From an uncultured Brevinematales bacterium (GTDB lineage: Bacteria; Spirochaetota; Brevinematia; Brevinematales; JAOACQ01): a stretch of DNA of 64,000 nt. The position numbers and the translations under genes were made by a program. The notes under the pieces are model-generated. The model was given only the letters and a program-made list of their open reading frames with translations. It did no database searches and was not told where the DNA came from. The stretch is from the NCBI GenBank assembly GCA_964533855.1, contig CAZHNM010000011.1, positions 6,293-70,292 of the forward strand, given 5' to 3'. This document shows, piece after piece, positions 34,667 to 43,702 of the stretch (position 1 is the stretch's first letter; each line of letters starts with the position of its first letter).

Positions 34667-35602
34667 TTGCAAAATATTATCCTCTTTTATTACATTTTAG
34701 CTTTTTCGATAGGTGTAGCCTCGATGCTTTTTGTCATGGTCGCCTGGATGAAATTTAAAAATTCCGTTTTAAAATATTATTTTATTTTTCTTCTTCTGTT
34801 CACGGTTTATCTCGTTATTAACCTTGTCAGGATTTATATAACTGAAATCTTGAATGAAAAAGAAATATGGATTAATATTTTTTCTTTTTCGGTATACTTC
34901 ATCTGGTATCCTTTCTTCCTTTACTTTGTTCCATACTTCTTCCATAAGCTGACCGAAGTTGATTATTCCGCGGCTAAAAAGGCCGCTTTTGCCGTCCTTG
35001 GGATCAGCTATCCTTTAATGCTGATTACGGCATTTTTAATCGGGAAAAATCCTGAGAACATCTATAGTATTATGAGGTTTGAAATGCGGACCACCGGCGG
35101 TATTCTTATCCTTTTTATAATCGCTTATATTACCATATTTATGATAAGAAGTTATATCCGCCTGGAAAACGAGATGGTAAAGAAAATACTAAAAATTTTC
35201 GCATTAATTACAATCGTTTTTATTCCCGGTTTTATCCTCGATTCAAAAATCGATTATTTCCAGTATCAGATAAAGATTTTTCCCGTCGGTTTTTTCTTTT
35301 CAGTAATCTATTATCTGGTCTTGAATGTAATCAGCATTTTCCTGCTCGCAAGGTATTTTTTATTAAAGATCAATCTTCTGGAAAACAAGCTCATAACCGA
35401 TAAATTTATTTCTAAATTTTCTATAACGGTAAGGGAAAAAGAGATCATGCTCCTCCTGATGGAAGGCTGTACTTATGATCAAATCAGCGCTAAATTATTC
35501 ATAGCGGTATCGACTGTTAAAAGCCATATCCATAATGTTTATCAAAAAACAGGCTCAAAGACCAAGACGCAATTCAAACAAATCATCTCGGGTGAATTCT
35601 GA
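34667..35602 (+). CDS. Membrane-embedded (about 7 TM) LuxR/FixJ-type HTH transcriptional regulator
   Basis: C-terminal LuxR-type HTH (TVREKEIMLLLMEGCTYDQISAKLFIAVSTVKSHIHNVYQKTGS), preceded by about 240 aa of hydrophobic helices. TTG start in the track. Confidence 0.75.
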   Translation: MQNIILFYYILAFSIGVASMLFVMVAWMKFKNSVLKYYFIFLLLFTVYLVINLVRIYITEILNEKEIWINIFSFSVYFIWYPFFLYFVPYFFHKLTEVDYSAAKKAAFAVLGISYPLMLITAFLIGKNPENIYSIMRFEMRTTGGILILFIIAYITIFMIRSYIRLENEMVKKILKIFALITIVFIPGFILDSKIDYFQYQIKIFPVGFFFSVIYYLVLNVISIFLLARYFLLKINLLENKLITDKFISKFSITVREKEIMLLLMEGCTYDQISAKLFIAVSTVKSHIHNVYQKTGSKTKTQFKQIISGEF

Positions 35603-35659
35603 AAAACTATTGATCCAAAACCATTAACTTTTCCTCAATCTATTGCAGCTGATGACATT

Positions 35660-35711
35660 GGGAAAATCCAACTTTTTGGTGGATTTACAATCATGCCGCC
35701 GCTTCCATAAT
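35660..35711 (+). promoter_or_regulatory. Promoter plus operator-like inverted repeat (copy 2 of the shared element)
   Basis: AAATCC (35664-69)-N11-GGATTT (35681-86) overlaps TTTACA (35684-89). 16-nt spacer, then CATAAT (35706-11). Partial third copy at 35721-30 (tttacaatca) and 35735-46 (gggaaaaatcca). Confidence 0.55.
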
Positions 35712-35791
35712 ATGATGCTTTTTACAATCAGGTCGGGAAAAATCCAGGAAAACCTGCTTGAAAAGTCAGCTGAAAATCGGAGGCCAATATT

Positions 35792-35941
35792 ATGAAAAGA
35801 CAAAAAAAAGCAGCGGTTGTCAGAGAAGGTTTTATGAAATCCGGACTTCTTAAAGAAGTCTCTTTCGGAAAAATTTTAGAGCCGATGAGTTTCTGTGTAA
35901 AATCCATAAATAAGAGAGTATTTCCCGTTCATCTCGGTTAA
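35792..35941 (+). CDS. Candidate 49-aa small ORF abutting the next gene
   Basis: Found by hand. GGAGG (35779-83) lies 8 nt before ATG 35792. Stop TAA at 35939-41 is immediately followed by ATG 35942. The peptide is basic: MKRQKKAAVVREGFMKSGLLKEV... Confidence 0.35.
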   Translation: MKRQKKAAVVREGFMKSGLLKEVSFGKILEPMSFCVKSINKRVFPVHLG

Positions 35942-37117
35942 ATGGTTAAGGAAAGGACCAATCCCTTTAAAATTCCTGGAATCCTTCCCAATTTCCTGTT
36001 TGAATTGAAAAAAAGTTTTATAAGTCTGATTTTGAGAAAATTAATATTTATTTACGGATTATTTTATTATTTAGTCTATAAAATGAAAACATTCCCGGTT
36101 ATTAAAACGCCGATCCAGTTTCCCATTGAAAAAATAATATATTTCTCTTTAATCCGGAATATGATGGGCACTATTCTCGGAGAAGGGGAAACAAAGGATA
36201 GCATAAAAAGAATGTGCGGGGTTTTCCTTTATTATCAAATTATTGAAAATAGCCTTTTAGACCTTGGAATCTACTGCCCTATATTATTCCTTAAATATAT
36301 CTTTTTTGTCTACCCCGAAAAAAAGCGCATGCTTTTGTCTCCGGGGTCCGGCAGGAAAACATTTTTATTTCATAATTTTATAGGCTCGAAATTCGGAGTC
36401 ATTTTACAAATTATTTCTTTTGCCGAAAAAGGGGAAAACGCATTGGTGCTTGTAGACACCGCGGCTCTATCTTCAGCGAGAATGATCTTAGAGAAGGTAT
36501 GCCCCGATGCGATCATATACGGCAATGGAAGAATCGATTTACGGATGGGATATTTCAGAAATTATATAAAAAACGACGATTGCTCGAAATCTATCATAAC
36601 CTTTATAGATATCCGGGATATCGGGAATTACCGGATCATTTTAAAAAAATTGAAAGAGCCGTCTTTTAATTGCGTTCTAATTCCCGAAACTCCCCTGCTG
36701 CGGCCGTCTCAAAACTTTTTTTCGGACCTTCTTGGAGCGCAAATAGCTTTTCCCGGCGCCATAAAAAAATTCATCCGGTTTTCCGATTCGATCGTTTCAA
36801 TAATCCCGGATTTCGGGAAAGGGCTGAATAATATTCAATTTCACTCTGAAATCGTAGAAAGATTTCATGATGATGAGACTGTCCTGAATCATATCGTGAA
36901 AAATTATGAAAGATTCGTTTTCATCAAGCCATATTTATTCATACCGTTTGAATATAATGAAATCTGGAAAGGACTTTTCAGCAGTCAAAATCTCGATAAG
37001 GATACCGTTGTCCAAACCCTGGTATGGGGGAAGAAGTGCCTTCTGTTATTATCGGACGGTAAAATGTTTTCCTGCCTGAAGAAAGACCTGAAATCCATCC
37101 TGAATTCCAATAGCTGA
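35942..37117 (+). CDS. Hypothetical protein (N-terminal hydrophobic region, AT-rich gene)
   Basis: 391-aa ORF with no competing long ORF. N-terminal TM-like segment (LIFIYGLFYYLVY). No recognisable motif. Confidence 0.5.
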   Translation: MVKERTNPFKIPGILPNFLFELKKSFISLILRKLIFIYGLFYYLVYKMKTFPVIKTPIQFPIEKIIYFSLIRNMMGTILGEGETKDSIKRMCGVFLYYQIIENSLLDLGIYCPILFLKYIFFVYPEKKRMLLSPGSGRKTFLFHNFIGSKFGVILQIISFAEKGENALVLVDTAALSSARMILEKVCPDAIIYGNGRIDLRMGYFRNYIKNDDCSKSIITFIDIRDIGNYRIILKKLKEPSFNCVLIPETPLLRPSQNFFSDLLGAQIAFPGAIKKFIRFSDSIVSIIPDFGKGLNNIQFHSEIVERFHDDETVLNHIVKNYERFVFIKPYLFIPFEYNEIWKGLFSSQNLDKDTVVQTLVWGKKCLLLLSDGKMFSCLKKDLKSILNSNS

Positions 37118-37146
37118 TAAAAATCTTTGTTTAAAAGAGGCTGCAA

Positions 37147-37875
37147 ATGGACGGTAAAACTTTGAAAGTGCTGATATACACACAATCGGACACCTTTGCC
37201 GATGCGCTATTTCATATGGGAATAACTTTATACCGTTCAAAAAATCCCGGTGACCTGATAGATAAAATTCAGAAGTATTTTCCTGAAATAGTCGTTTTAG
37301 ATTTCACTAATGAAGATTCTACTGCCACATTTAAATTAGTTAATCAAATAAAAGACCACCCCGATGAAAAAATCAAAAAAACGGCGATCATTCTTCTCTT
37401 CGGATCTATCGATATCGGGAATATTTCTTCGGCAATTCAGGCCGGCGTAGCAGGTTTTATAAAAATTAATGCCGCGGCAGATCTTATATATGATTATATT
37501 ACGACTCTTTATCAAAAGGTCAGGGATGTTCCGCCCGAAAGAAAATATGTCAGGATTCAAATCGACCCTAAAGAGAGGATCGGCGTCAGATTCTGGTCCC
37601 CGGTAAATTTAATTCTTATTGTAGGACGGATTAAAGATATAAGCTTCGGCGGGATCGCGGTGGAATTAGTCGGGACATATCCCGCGGATTCATTGGCAAT
37701 AGGGACAGAATTAAAATCAATGCAGTTTGTTTTAGACGGAAAATATGTATTTATCGATGGGGTAGTGGCGGCCTGCCTGGAAAAATTTTGCGCCATACAA
37801 TTCAGGGACATAACTCCGGAAATAAAGGAAATAATTTCCCGGTATATTTTTGAAAAAATATGCCTTTACGTATAA
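37147..37875 (+). CDS. Receiver-like domain fused to a PilZ (c-di-GMP-binding) domain
   Basis: N-terminal CheY-like pattern (LKVLIYTQSD...EIVVLDFTNED...). C-terminal PilZ motifs RKYVRIQ (RxxxR) and GRIKDISFGGIAV (D/NxSxxG). Confidence 0.7.
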   Translation: MDGKTLKVLIYTQSDTFADALFHMGITLYRSKNPGDLIDKIQKYFPEIVVLDFTNEDSTATFKLVNQIKDHPDEKIKKTAIILLFGSIDIGNISSAIQAGVAGFIKINAAADLIYDYITTLYQKVRDVPPERKYVRIQIDPKERIGVRFWSPVNLILIVGRIKDISFGGIAVELVGTYPADSLAIGTELKSMQFVLDGKYVFIDGVVAACLEKFCAIQFRDITPEIKEIISRYIFEKICLYV

Positions 37876-37906
37876 GCGGAAGGCTGGTTGCAGAGCTTTA
37901 AAAGTG

Positions 37907-38281
37907 TTATTTTTTTTTCCTGTTTTTCCAGTAGAGGTCTTCTTCGCGGAGATGATCGATAAGCACATTGAGCGGCCACCTGATATTCTCCGCAGTCAGC
38001 GCGCAGAATATCGGACGCCTGATTTCCGCCCCTCTAATCAGCTGAAGGGTTTTATGTATATCGTCGTCGCCGAACGATAGAAAGATCAGGATGGGAGGTT
38101 CGGCCTGTTCATAATCCCAATCAGTGCGCGCGAGGCAGTCTTTTAGGGTCAATTCCTCCCTGCCTGAAGCGCTCAGAAGCGCGACGTCCTTCTTAAGTCC
38201 GTCCCTGATAATACTATGAAGGCTTTCAGCGTCGTCCTTATTGTATCCGTAGAGCATAATGCCCAATTCATTTTTTAACAT
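37907..38281 (-). CDS. Hypothetical protein, DUF3783-like
   Basis: 124 aa. The pattern IMLYGYNKDDAESL...PILIFLSFGDDDIHKTLQLIRGAEIRRPIFCALTAENIRWPLNVLIDHLREE resembles DUF3783 members, recalled from memory only. Confidence 0.4.
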   Translation of the reverse strand: MLKNELGIMLYGYNKDDAESLHSIIRDGLKKDVALLSASGREELTLKDCLARTDWDYEQAEPPILIFLSFGDDDIHKTLQLIRGAEIRRPIFCALTAENIRWPLNVLIDHLREEDLYWKNRKKK

Positions 38282-38430
38282 ATAAAATTATTCTGGAAAG
38301 CTTGAAAAAAGTCAATTGAAATCCGAAATTGTAAATCCGGAATTGCTTCGGAGTGAGAGTTTCATCATCCCTTTTGACATTTTTACCTGCGGTTCTTAAA
38401 ATCAAGGCCATAGAAATCTACGGAGATATT

Positions 38431-39729
38431 ATGCGGGGACTTATCGATTGGATGGTGAAACGCAAAACCGCCCTTTTCCTGCTGCTTGGGATTTTCTTCG
38501 TCCTGGCCCTTGCCGGGAGGCTGATCGTCACTAAAAGCGTTATCGGCGGGGATGCGGTCAATTACTACAGCACCGTTCATGCATTTGTGATGAGCCACAA
38601 ATTAGACCTGAAGGCGGAGCTTGAGCATTATTATAACGAAAGATCGGGCTTCACAGGTAACAGGAAGCTCAGCGGCCCTCCCCATCCATCGTCCACGGGA
38701 TTGGTCCCTATTAATTACCCGATCGGACTGGCCCTAATGCTTGTCCCCTTCTTTTTTCTCGGCCACCTCGTTACCCTGGCGCTCAGCCCTTTCATACCCG
38801 GCCTCTCTCCTGACGGATACGGTCCGGTTTACCAGCTGCTGACCGGGCTTGGGAGCATGCTTTATGCATTCCTGGGCCTTTTTGCGATTTACCGTTTCGG
38901 CAGGAAACGTTACGCCGAAACATCCGTATTGCTCGCTGTAATGCTAACCTGCCTGGGTACCCCGCTGGTTTATTATATGACTATGGAACCTCTTTTATCC
39001 CATACAATGTCGGTTTTCAGCATATCCGTCTTCCTGGCCGTCTGGTATTCTAACAGGAACGATATGAAGCTTCAGCACTGGGTTATCCTGGGCCTCCTGG
39101 GCGGACTTGCCGGAATTACAAGATACCAGGACGGGCTGATAATAGTCATCCCCCCGGTCTATGCCCTGGTCAGTTTTATTAAAACGCGGCAGTGGAAGAA
39201 CCTTCAAATTCCAGGAGGGCTCGTATATGTTCTCATATTCGCGGCAGTCTATTCCCTCCAGCTCATTGTTAATAAAATAGATTACGGTTCTTTTTTTACA
39301 ACGAGTTATGCCTCCAATAAGGAAGGTTTTATATACTGGGCAAATCCGAAAATATTGTTCAGCCTGTTTTCACCCTATTGCGGGCTCTTAACCAGATCGC
39401 CCGTTGTATTGTTCTCTTTTATCGGGCTTTATTATTTATTTAAGAAAGACATGACCGCGGCCATCCTGCTTGCAGGTTTCTTCTTAGCCCAGCTCTACCT
39501 TGTCAGCAGCTGGTGGATACCATACCAGGGCGACACTTTCGGAAACCGTATGCTGCTCAATTGCGTGTTTATCTTTGCCGTCGGGATGATGGAGTTTTTT
39601 GACAGGATACATGAAAACAGGAAAGTCTTTAACCTGTGCCTGTCCTTAGCCCTTCTCATGGTGATTATCAATCTTGCCCTTGTCCCCCTGTATTGTTTCC
39701 GGCTGATCGGGAATTCCTACGCCCGCTAA
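38431..39729 (+). CDS. GT-C-type (ArnT/PMT-like) polytopic membrane glycosyltransferase candidate
   Basis: About 11-12 hydrophobic helices. TM1 (ALFLLLGIFFVLALAGRL) is followed by a loop with GGDAVNYYS. ATG 38431 is preferred over the GTG at 38353. Confidence 0.6.
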   Translation: MRGLIDWMVKRKTALFLLLGIFFVLALAGRLIVTKSVIGGDAVNYYSTVHAFVMSHKLDLKAELEHYYNERSGFTGNRKLSGPPHPSSTGLVPINYPIGLALMLVPFFFLGHLVTLALSPFIPGLSPDGYGPVYQLLTGLGSMLYAFLGLFAIYRFGRKRYAETSVLLAVMLTCLGTPLVYYMTMEPLLSHTMSVFSISVFLAVWYSNRNDMKLQHWVILGLLGGLAGITRYQDGLIIVIPPVYALVSFIKTRQWKNLQIPGGLVYVLIFAAVYSLQLIVNKIDYGSFFTTSYASNKEGFIYWANPKILFSLFSPYCGLLTRSPVVLFSFIGLYYLFKKDMTAAILLAGFFLAQLYLVSSWWIPYQGDTFGNRMLLNCVFIFAVGMMEFFDRIHENRKVFNLCLSLALLMVIINLALVPLYCFRLIGNSYAR

Positions 39730-39751
39730 AATTCAGACATAAGGATGTTTT

Positions 39752-40858
39752 ATGAAATTATCTATCGTGATCCCCGTTTATAATGAAAAAAATACCATAG
39801 AAGAGATCCTCAGGACGGTGGAGAAAGCTCCCCTGCCCGAAGGAATAAAGGAAAGAGAGATAATCGTTGTGGACGACTGTTCCAGGGACGGGACAAGGGA
39901 CTATCTCTCGACCCTGAAAAAGGCTCCCTTCAAAGTCCTGTTCCATGAGAAAAACACGGGCAAGGGCGGCGCTTTAAGAACGGGTTTCAGGAACGCTACG
40001 GGAGACATCGTCCTCATTCAGGATGCGGACCTGGAATACGATCCCAACGAGTACCCGAAGCTTTTGAAGCCGATCATAGAGGACAGGGCGGATGTTGTTT
40101 ACGGTTCGAGGTTTGTGGGCGACGAACCCCATCGCGTTCTTTATTTCTGGCATACTGTCGCCAATCAGCTCCTGACCCTGTTATCGAATATGTTCTCGGA
40201 TTTAAACCTGACGGATATGGAAACCTGCTACAAGGTATTCCGGAAAAATATAATAGACAGGTTCGACATAGAAGAAAACCGCTTCGGTTTCGAACCGGAA
40301 ATAACGGCGAAGATCGGAGAGCTTTCAAGGGAGGAAGACTGCCGCGTATATGAAGTAGGCATTTCTTATTACGGAAGGACCTACAAGGAAGGCAAAAAGA
40401 TAGGGATGAAAGACGCTTTCCGCACCTTCTGGTGCATCTTCAGCTACAATACATCCCATTTCGCCCACCTTGTGAAATACGGTTTTAACGGCCTGCTTGT
40501 GGCCCTGTCCCAGTTCGCGGTTATTGTCCTTCTCATAGACGGTTTAGGGTTCAAAACCGCTTTTCTTCAAAACATATCGAACGCCGTCAGCATCGAGGTT
40601 TCCATCATTGCAGGTTTTATACTGCATTCTATAGTGACATGGCGCTACAGGTATAAAAATGCCGGGGAGTTCATCACCAAATGCCTGCAGTTCCATCTTA
40701 TAACAGGCATTTCTTTTGTCGCAAGAGTGCTTTTGTTCAGTCTCCTTCTTAATATGGGAATGCACTACAAGCTCAATACGCTCATAGGCATAGGCGTGGC
40801 GATCCTGATGAATTTCATCGGGTATGACTTCCTGGTGTTTAAAAAGAAAACTATCTGA
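39752..40858 (+). CDS. Family-2 glycosyltransferase (polyprenyl-phosphate sugar synthase type) fused to a C-terminal GtrA-like 4-TM domain
   Basis: LSIVIPVYNEKNTIEEIL, VVDDCSRDGT and LIQDADLEYDP (DxD) are DPM1/GtrB-like. The C-terminal about 130 aa have 4 TM helices with the GtrA-like pattern (HLVKYGFNGLLVALSQFAV...). Confidence 0.85.
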   Translation: MKLSIVIPVYNEKNTIEEILRTVEKAPLPEGIKEREIIVVDDCSRDGTRDYLSTLKKAPFKVLFHEKNTGKGGALRTGFRNATGDIVLIQDADLEYDPNEYPKLLKPIIEDRADVVYGSRFVGDEPHRVLYFWHTVANQLLTLLSNMFSDLNLTDMETCYKVFRKNIIDRFDIEENRFGFEPEITAKIGELSREEDCRVYEVGISYYGRTYKEGKKIGMKDAFRTFWCIFSYNTSHFAHLVKYGFNGLLVALSQFAVIVLLIDGLGFKTAFLQNISNAVSIEVSIIAGFILHSIVTWRYRYKNAGEFITKCLQFHLITGISFVARVLLFSLLLNMGMHYKLNTLIGIGVAILMNFIGYDFLVFKKKTI

Positions 40859-42296
40859 GCCTGTAAAGCCCCATCCTGCCGTTGCCGAAGATTAGACGGG
40901 CCGGGCCAGTGTTCGTGTGATTGCCTTCTTTATCGATGATGTATATCAGAGCCGCCCCGGCTTTTTCATTCCACTGCCTGTGCAGTATCCTCCCCGCGAT
41001 AGCCTGGTACAGATAATGGTCGTCTCCCGCCCTGACCTCGAAAGGCCTGCCCGCGGCGTCATCGAGCATTGCATTTACGTAACCGTACCTCATCCCGATG
41101 CTTATAGGCGTTACAAGGTATGCGAAATAATAAAGCGTAAGGGCCGATCCTCCAATGATGAATGCTATCGACGCTCTCAGCAGCAGTCTGGCGTTTAAAC
41201 GCCTCAGAAGGACAAGCAAAGGGAAGAATGAAAAAGCGTAAGCCGAATAATAGTAGCTCGTAGGATAGGACGGCACCCTGAAGATCGTGAAGGAGAGGAT
41301 AAGGCTTGCCATTGTAAGAAAATATATTGTCAGAAGTCGCCTGTCCATATCATCCGGCAGACCTTTCCTTAAGAGGGCGGTGACGCAGAAAACCAGCGAC
41401 CATACCGCCAGGCCCAGGCTTGCGAGGTAAACGGCGGCCAGGGGCCATAAGGCATACCAGGGCAGCATGGAGAGGAAGCGCAGTCCGTCCGAAATATATC
41501 CGCTGATCATAAAATCGAGGCTCGGGAAAAGCAGCAGGTAAGAGAGGGCAGGGAAAGAAGCCCCTTTCTGTAAGGGTCCCGAAGAGAGCATGCCTAAAGT
41601 ATTGCTGAAATGGTTCCCGATCTCGCTGACAAGGTAAGGCACGTAAAGCAGGGCGGCCCCTGTTATCCCCAGCCAGAAAAAAGATCTGTTCCTGCCCCTG
41701 TAAAAAAATATAAAATATGCGGCCAATGTCAGCGGGATATAGAAGATGCTCGGAATGTGCACCTGCGCCATCAGCGCCGCGAGGGGAAGGATCAAAAATA
41801 ATAGCAGGGGTTTTTCATTGCCCGAAAAGACCTCCATGAGAATGGACGCGAGCACCATGGAAAGCATTATCTCGTAGCAGCCGTTTGTCATGCCCGCTTC
41901 GAAGAGGACAAACCTGGTGCTGAAAAGCAGGAGAGAGGCTATTGTAAAGGCGGCCCATTTTCCGTAATGCCTTTTTATCGTAAACAGGAAAAGAGCTGCA
42001 GCGCCGAGGATAAGAACAGCCGAGTAGATGTAAAACACCTGCGGAGAGGCGTTCAGCAGGGCGGGTATGGAAAGGAGCAGGTCATATCCGCCCCCGGGTA
42101 TTTTGACTGGCGACGAGCTCATATGGGGCCCCATAACCGGGAACCTCCCGGACGCGTAAATGTCCCTGGCCTCGAGAATATTGTCGACGTCATCCGACGA
42201 AAAATAAGCGTTGAACCATGTATAAGACCTTGTCCCCACGACAGCCGCAGCGAGCAGCAGGATCATGAGGAGCTCTTTTTTGAAAGTTTTTTTCAT
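40851..42296 (-). CDS. GT-C-like polytopic membrane protein, paralog A, with a C-terminal soluble domain
   Basis: TM1, then the acidic loop FSSDDVDNILEARDIY. At least 10 TM helices. About half the residues are identical by eye to 43699..45156. C-terminal GRPFEVR...NEKAGAALIYIIDK...NTGPARLIFGNGRMGLYRLR. Confidence 0.6.
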   Translation of the reverse strand: MKKTFKKELLMILLLAAAVVGTRSYTWFNAYFSSDDVDNILEARDIYASGRFPVMGPHMSSSPVKIPGGGYDLLLSIPALLNASPQVFYIYSAVLILGAAALFLFTIKRHYGKWAAFTIASLLLFSTRFVLFEAGMTNGCYEIMLSMVLASILMEVFSGNEKPLLLFLILPLAALMAQVHIPSIFYIPLTLAAYFIFFYRGRNRSFFWLGITGAALLYVPYLVSEIGNHFSNTLGMLSSGPLQKGASFPALSYLLLFPSLDFMISGYISDGLRFLSMLPWYALWPLAAVYLASLGLAVWSLVFCVTALLRKGLPDDMDRRLLTIYFLTMASLILSFTIFRVPSYPTSYYYSAYAFSFFPLLVLLRRLNARLLLRASIAFIIGGSALTLYYFAYLVTPISIGMRYGYVNAMLDDAAGRPFEVRAGDDHYLYQAIAGRILHRQWNEKAGAALIYIIDKEGNHTNTGPARLIFGNGRMGLYRLR

Positions 42297-42316
42297 ATGA
42301 CTTTCCTTTATAAGGT

Positions 42317-43702
42317 TTACTTTGTAGTTACCGGTTTTTTATTCAGGAGGGTTATATTGTATAACTCTCCGTTAACGGTAAAAGTGGTTACCGGATCCGA
42401 TGTATAATTTTTCTTCAGGTATTCGTTATAAGAACCGCGCAGCCCGGAATCGTTGTAATTATTCCTGAAAGTATCGTCCTCGATGTTGTACAGAGCCGGT
42501 GCGTTCGTATCGAACTCATGGGTGTCGGTCGAAGCGTAGAAATCCCGTCCGACAAAAGCGAACCAGTCGTCCGGGGTTCCGAGAACGGGGGTTGTGCCGC
42601 CCGGGATTGATGATTTCAGCATTGAAATCTTTTTATTGAAATCGAAAGTTCCGTTATGAAGCCAGGAGTATCCGTAATGAACCGAGACAAGAAGGAAAAG
42701 CGCAAGCGGGGCGGCCCTGCTCCATTTTGTCCCTTCGAGGCAGACAAATACCGTAAAGAGTAAAGACACGTAAAAATAAAGCATGTAATGATAATTGTCC
42801 CTGGGATTTATAAAGTTCACAAGGATGGAGAGAAGGAGTATATAAAGCGCGAACGGGTAATTTTTCCAGCCTTTTCTCCATAAGAAAACGGCTGTGCAGA
42901 GTACTAAAAATGCGAAAATGATAATATGGAGGCTGACCTTATTCTGGAAGAAATAATATCCGAGGACGGTGTATGTCCGCGTCGCGGAGGCCGCTTTGAG
43001 GCCTGCATAGAACTCATTCATGTAGGCCATATGGTTGAGCAGGAAATACACCGCCCCGGCCGCCGCTCCCGCAAGGAAAAGCCCTGCCGGGAGGATTTTT
43101 ATTTTTTTCAATCCGCCGCTGTAAACGATATAGGCGGCGATAAACACGAGGGCAAAGAGCCCCATCGGATGGTTTTCGAAAGCGATCAAGGTCAGAAGGC
43201 CCGACAGGAAAGGTTTATTATAAATGAAAAGCAGGAATGACAGCGTTATTATGAAAAATGTGAGGCTTTCGGGGCGGGCCAGGTTGGCTTCCCTGAAAAA
43301 CGGGTCGCACCAGAGGATCATCAGGGAGAATAAAACCGCGCTTTTTACCGTGAAATCGAGTTTCCTCGATATAAAATACCATGACAGGGCAGATGCGGCC
43401 ATAAAAAAGGTCGATATAAGGTGGGCGTTGTTCTTTGTCCATCCGGCAATATTGAGAATAAAAGAGTATACATAAGCCTGTGTCATGCCGAAGATATGCG
43501 GGCTGGCCAGTCCCCCGCCGAAAGTGACTGAGGGGTCTATATGCCTGACCATCATATTGTAAATGAACGAGAGGGTCCAGGCGTCGTCGACGTCCTCCTT
43601 TACGAAGCGAAGATGAAGCAGCACGTATGCGAGTATCACCGATACGGCGATACCGGTTATTATTATAAGATCGGCATCGATCCTTTTCCTTTTCATAATC
43701 AT
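42317..43702 (-). CDS. GT-C-like polytopic membrane protein
   Basis: TM1, then the acidic loop VKEDVDDAWTLSFIYNM. About 11 TM helices. Soluble C-terminal about 110 aa. ATGA overlap with the upstream paralog. Confidence 0.55.
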   Translation of the reverse strand: MIMKRKRIDADLIIITGIAVSVILAYVLLHLRFVKEDVDDAWTLSFIYNMMVRHIDPSVTFGGGLASPHIFGMTQAYVYSFILNIAGWTKNNAHLISTFFMAASALSWYFISRKLDFTVKSAVLFSLMILWCDPFFREANLARPESLTFFIITLSFLLFIYNKPFLSGLLTLIAFENHPMGLFALVFIAAYIVYSGGLKKIKILPAGLFLAGAAAGAVYFLLNHMAYMNEFYAGLKAASATRTYTVLGYYFFQNKVSLHIIIFAFLVLCTAVFLWRKGWKNYPFALYILLLSILVNFINPRDNYHYMLYFYVSLLFTVFVCLEGTKWSRAAPLALFLLVSVHYGYSWLHNGTFDFNKKISMLKSSIPGGTTPVLGTPDDWFAFVGRDFYASTDTHEFDTNAPALYNIEDDTFRNNYNDSGLRGSYNEYLKKNYTSDPVTTFTVNGELYNITLLNKKPVTTK

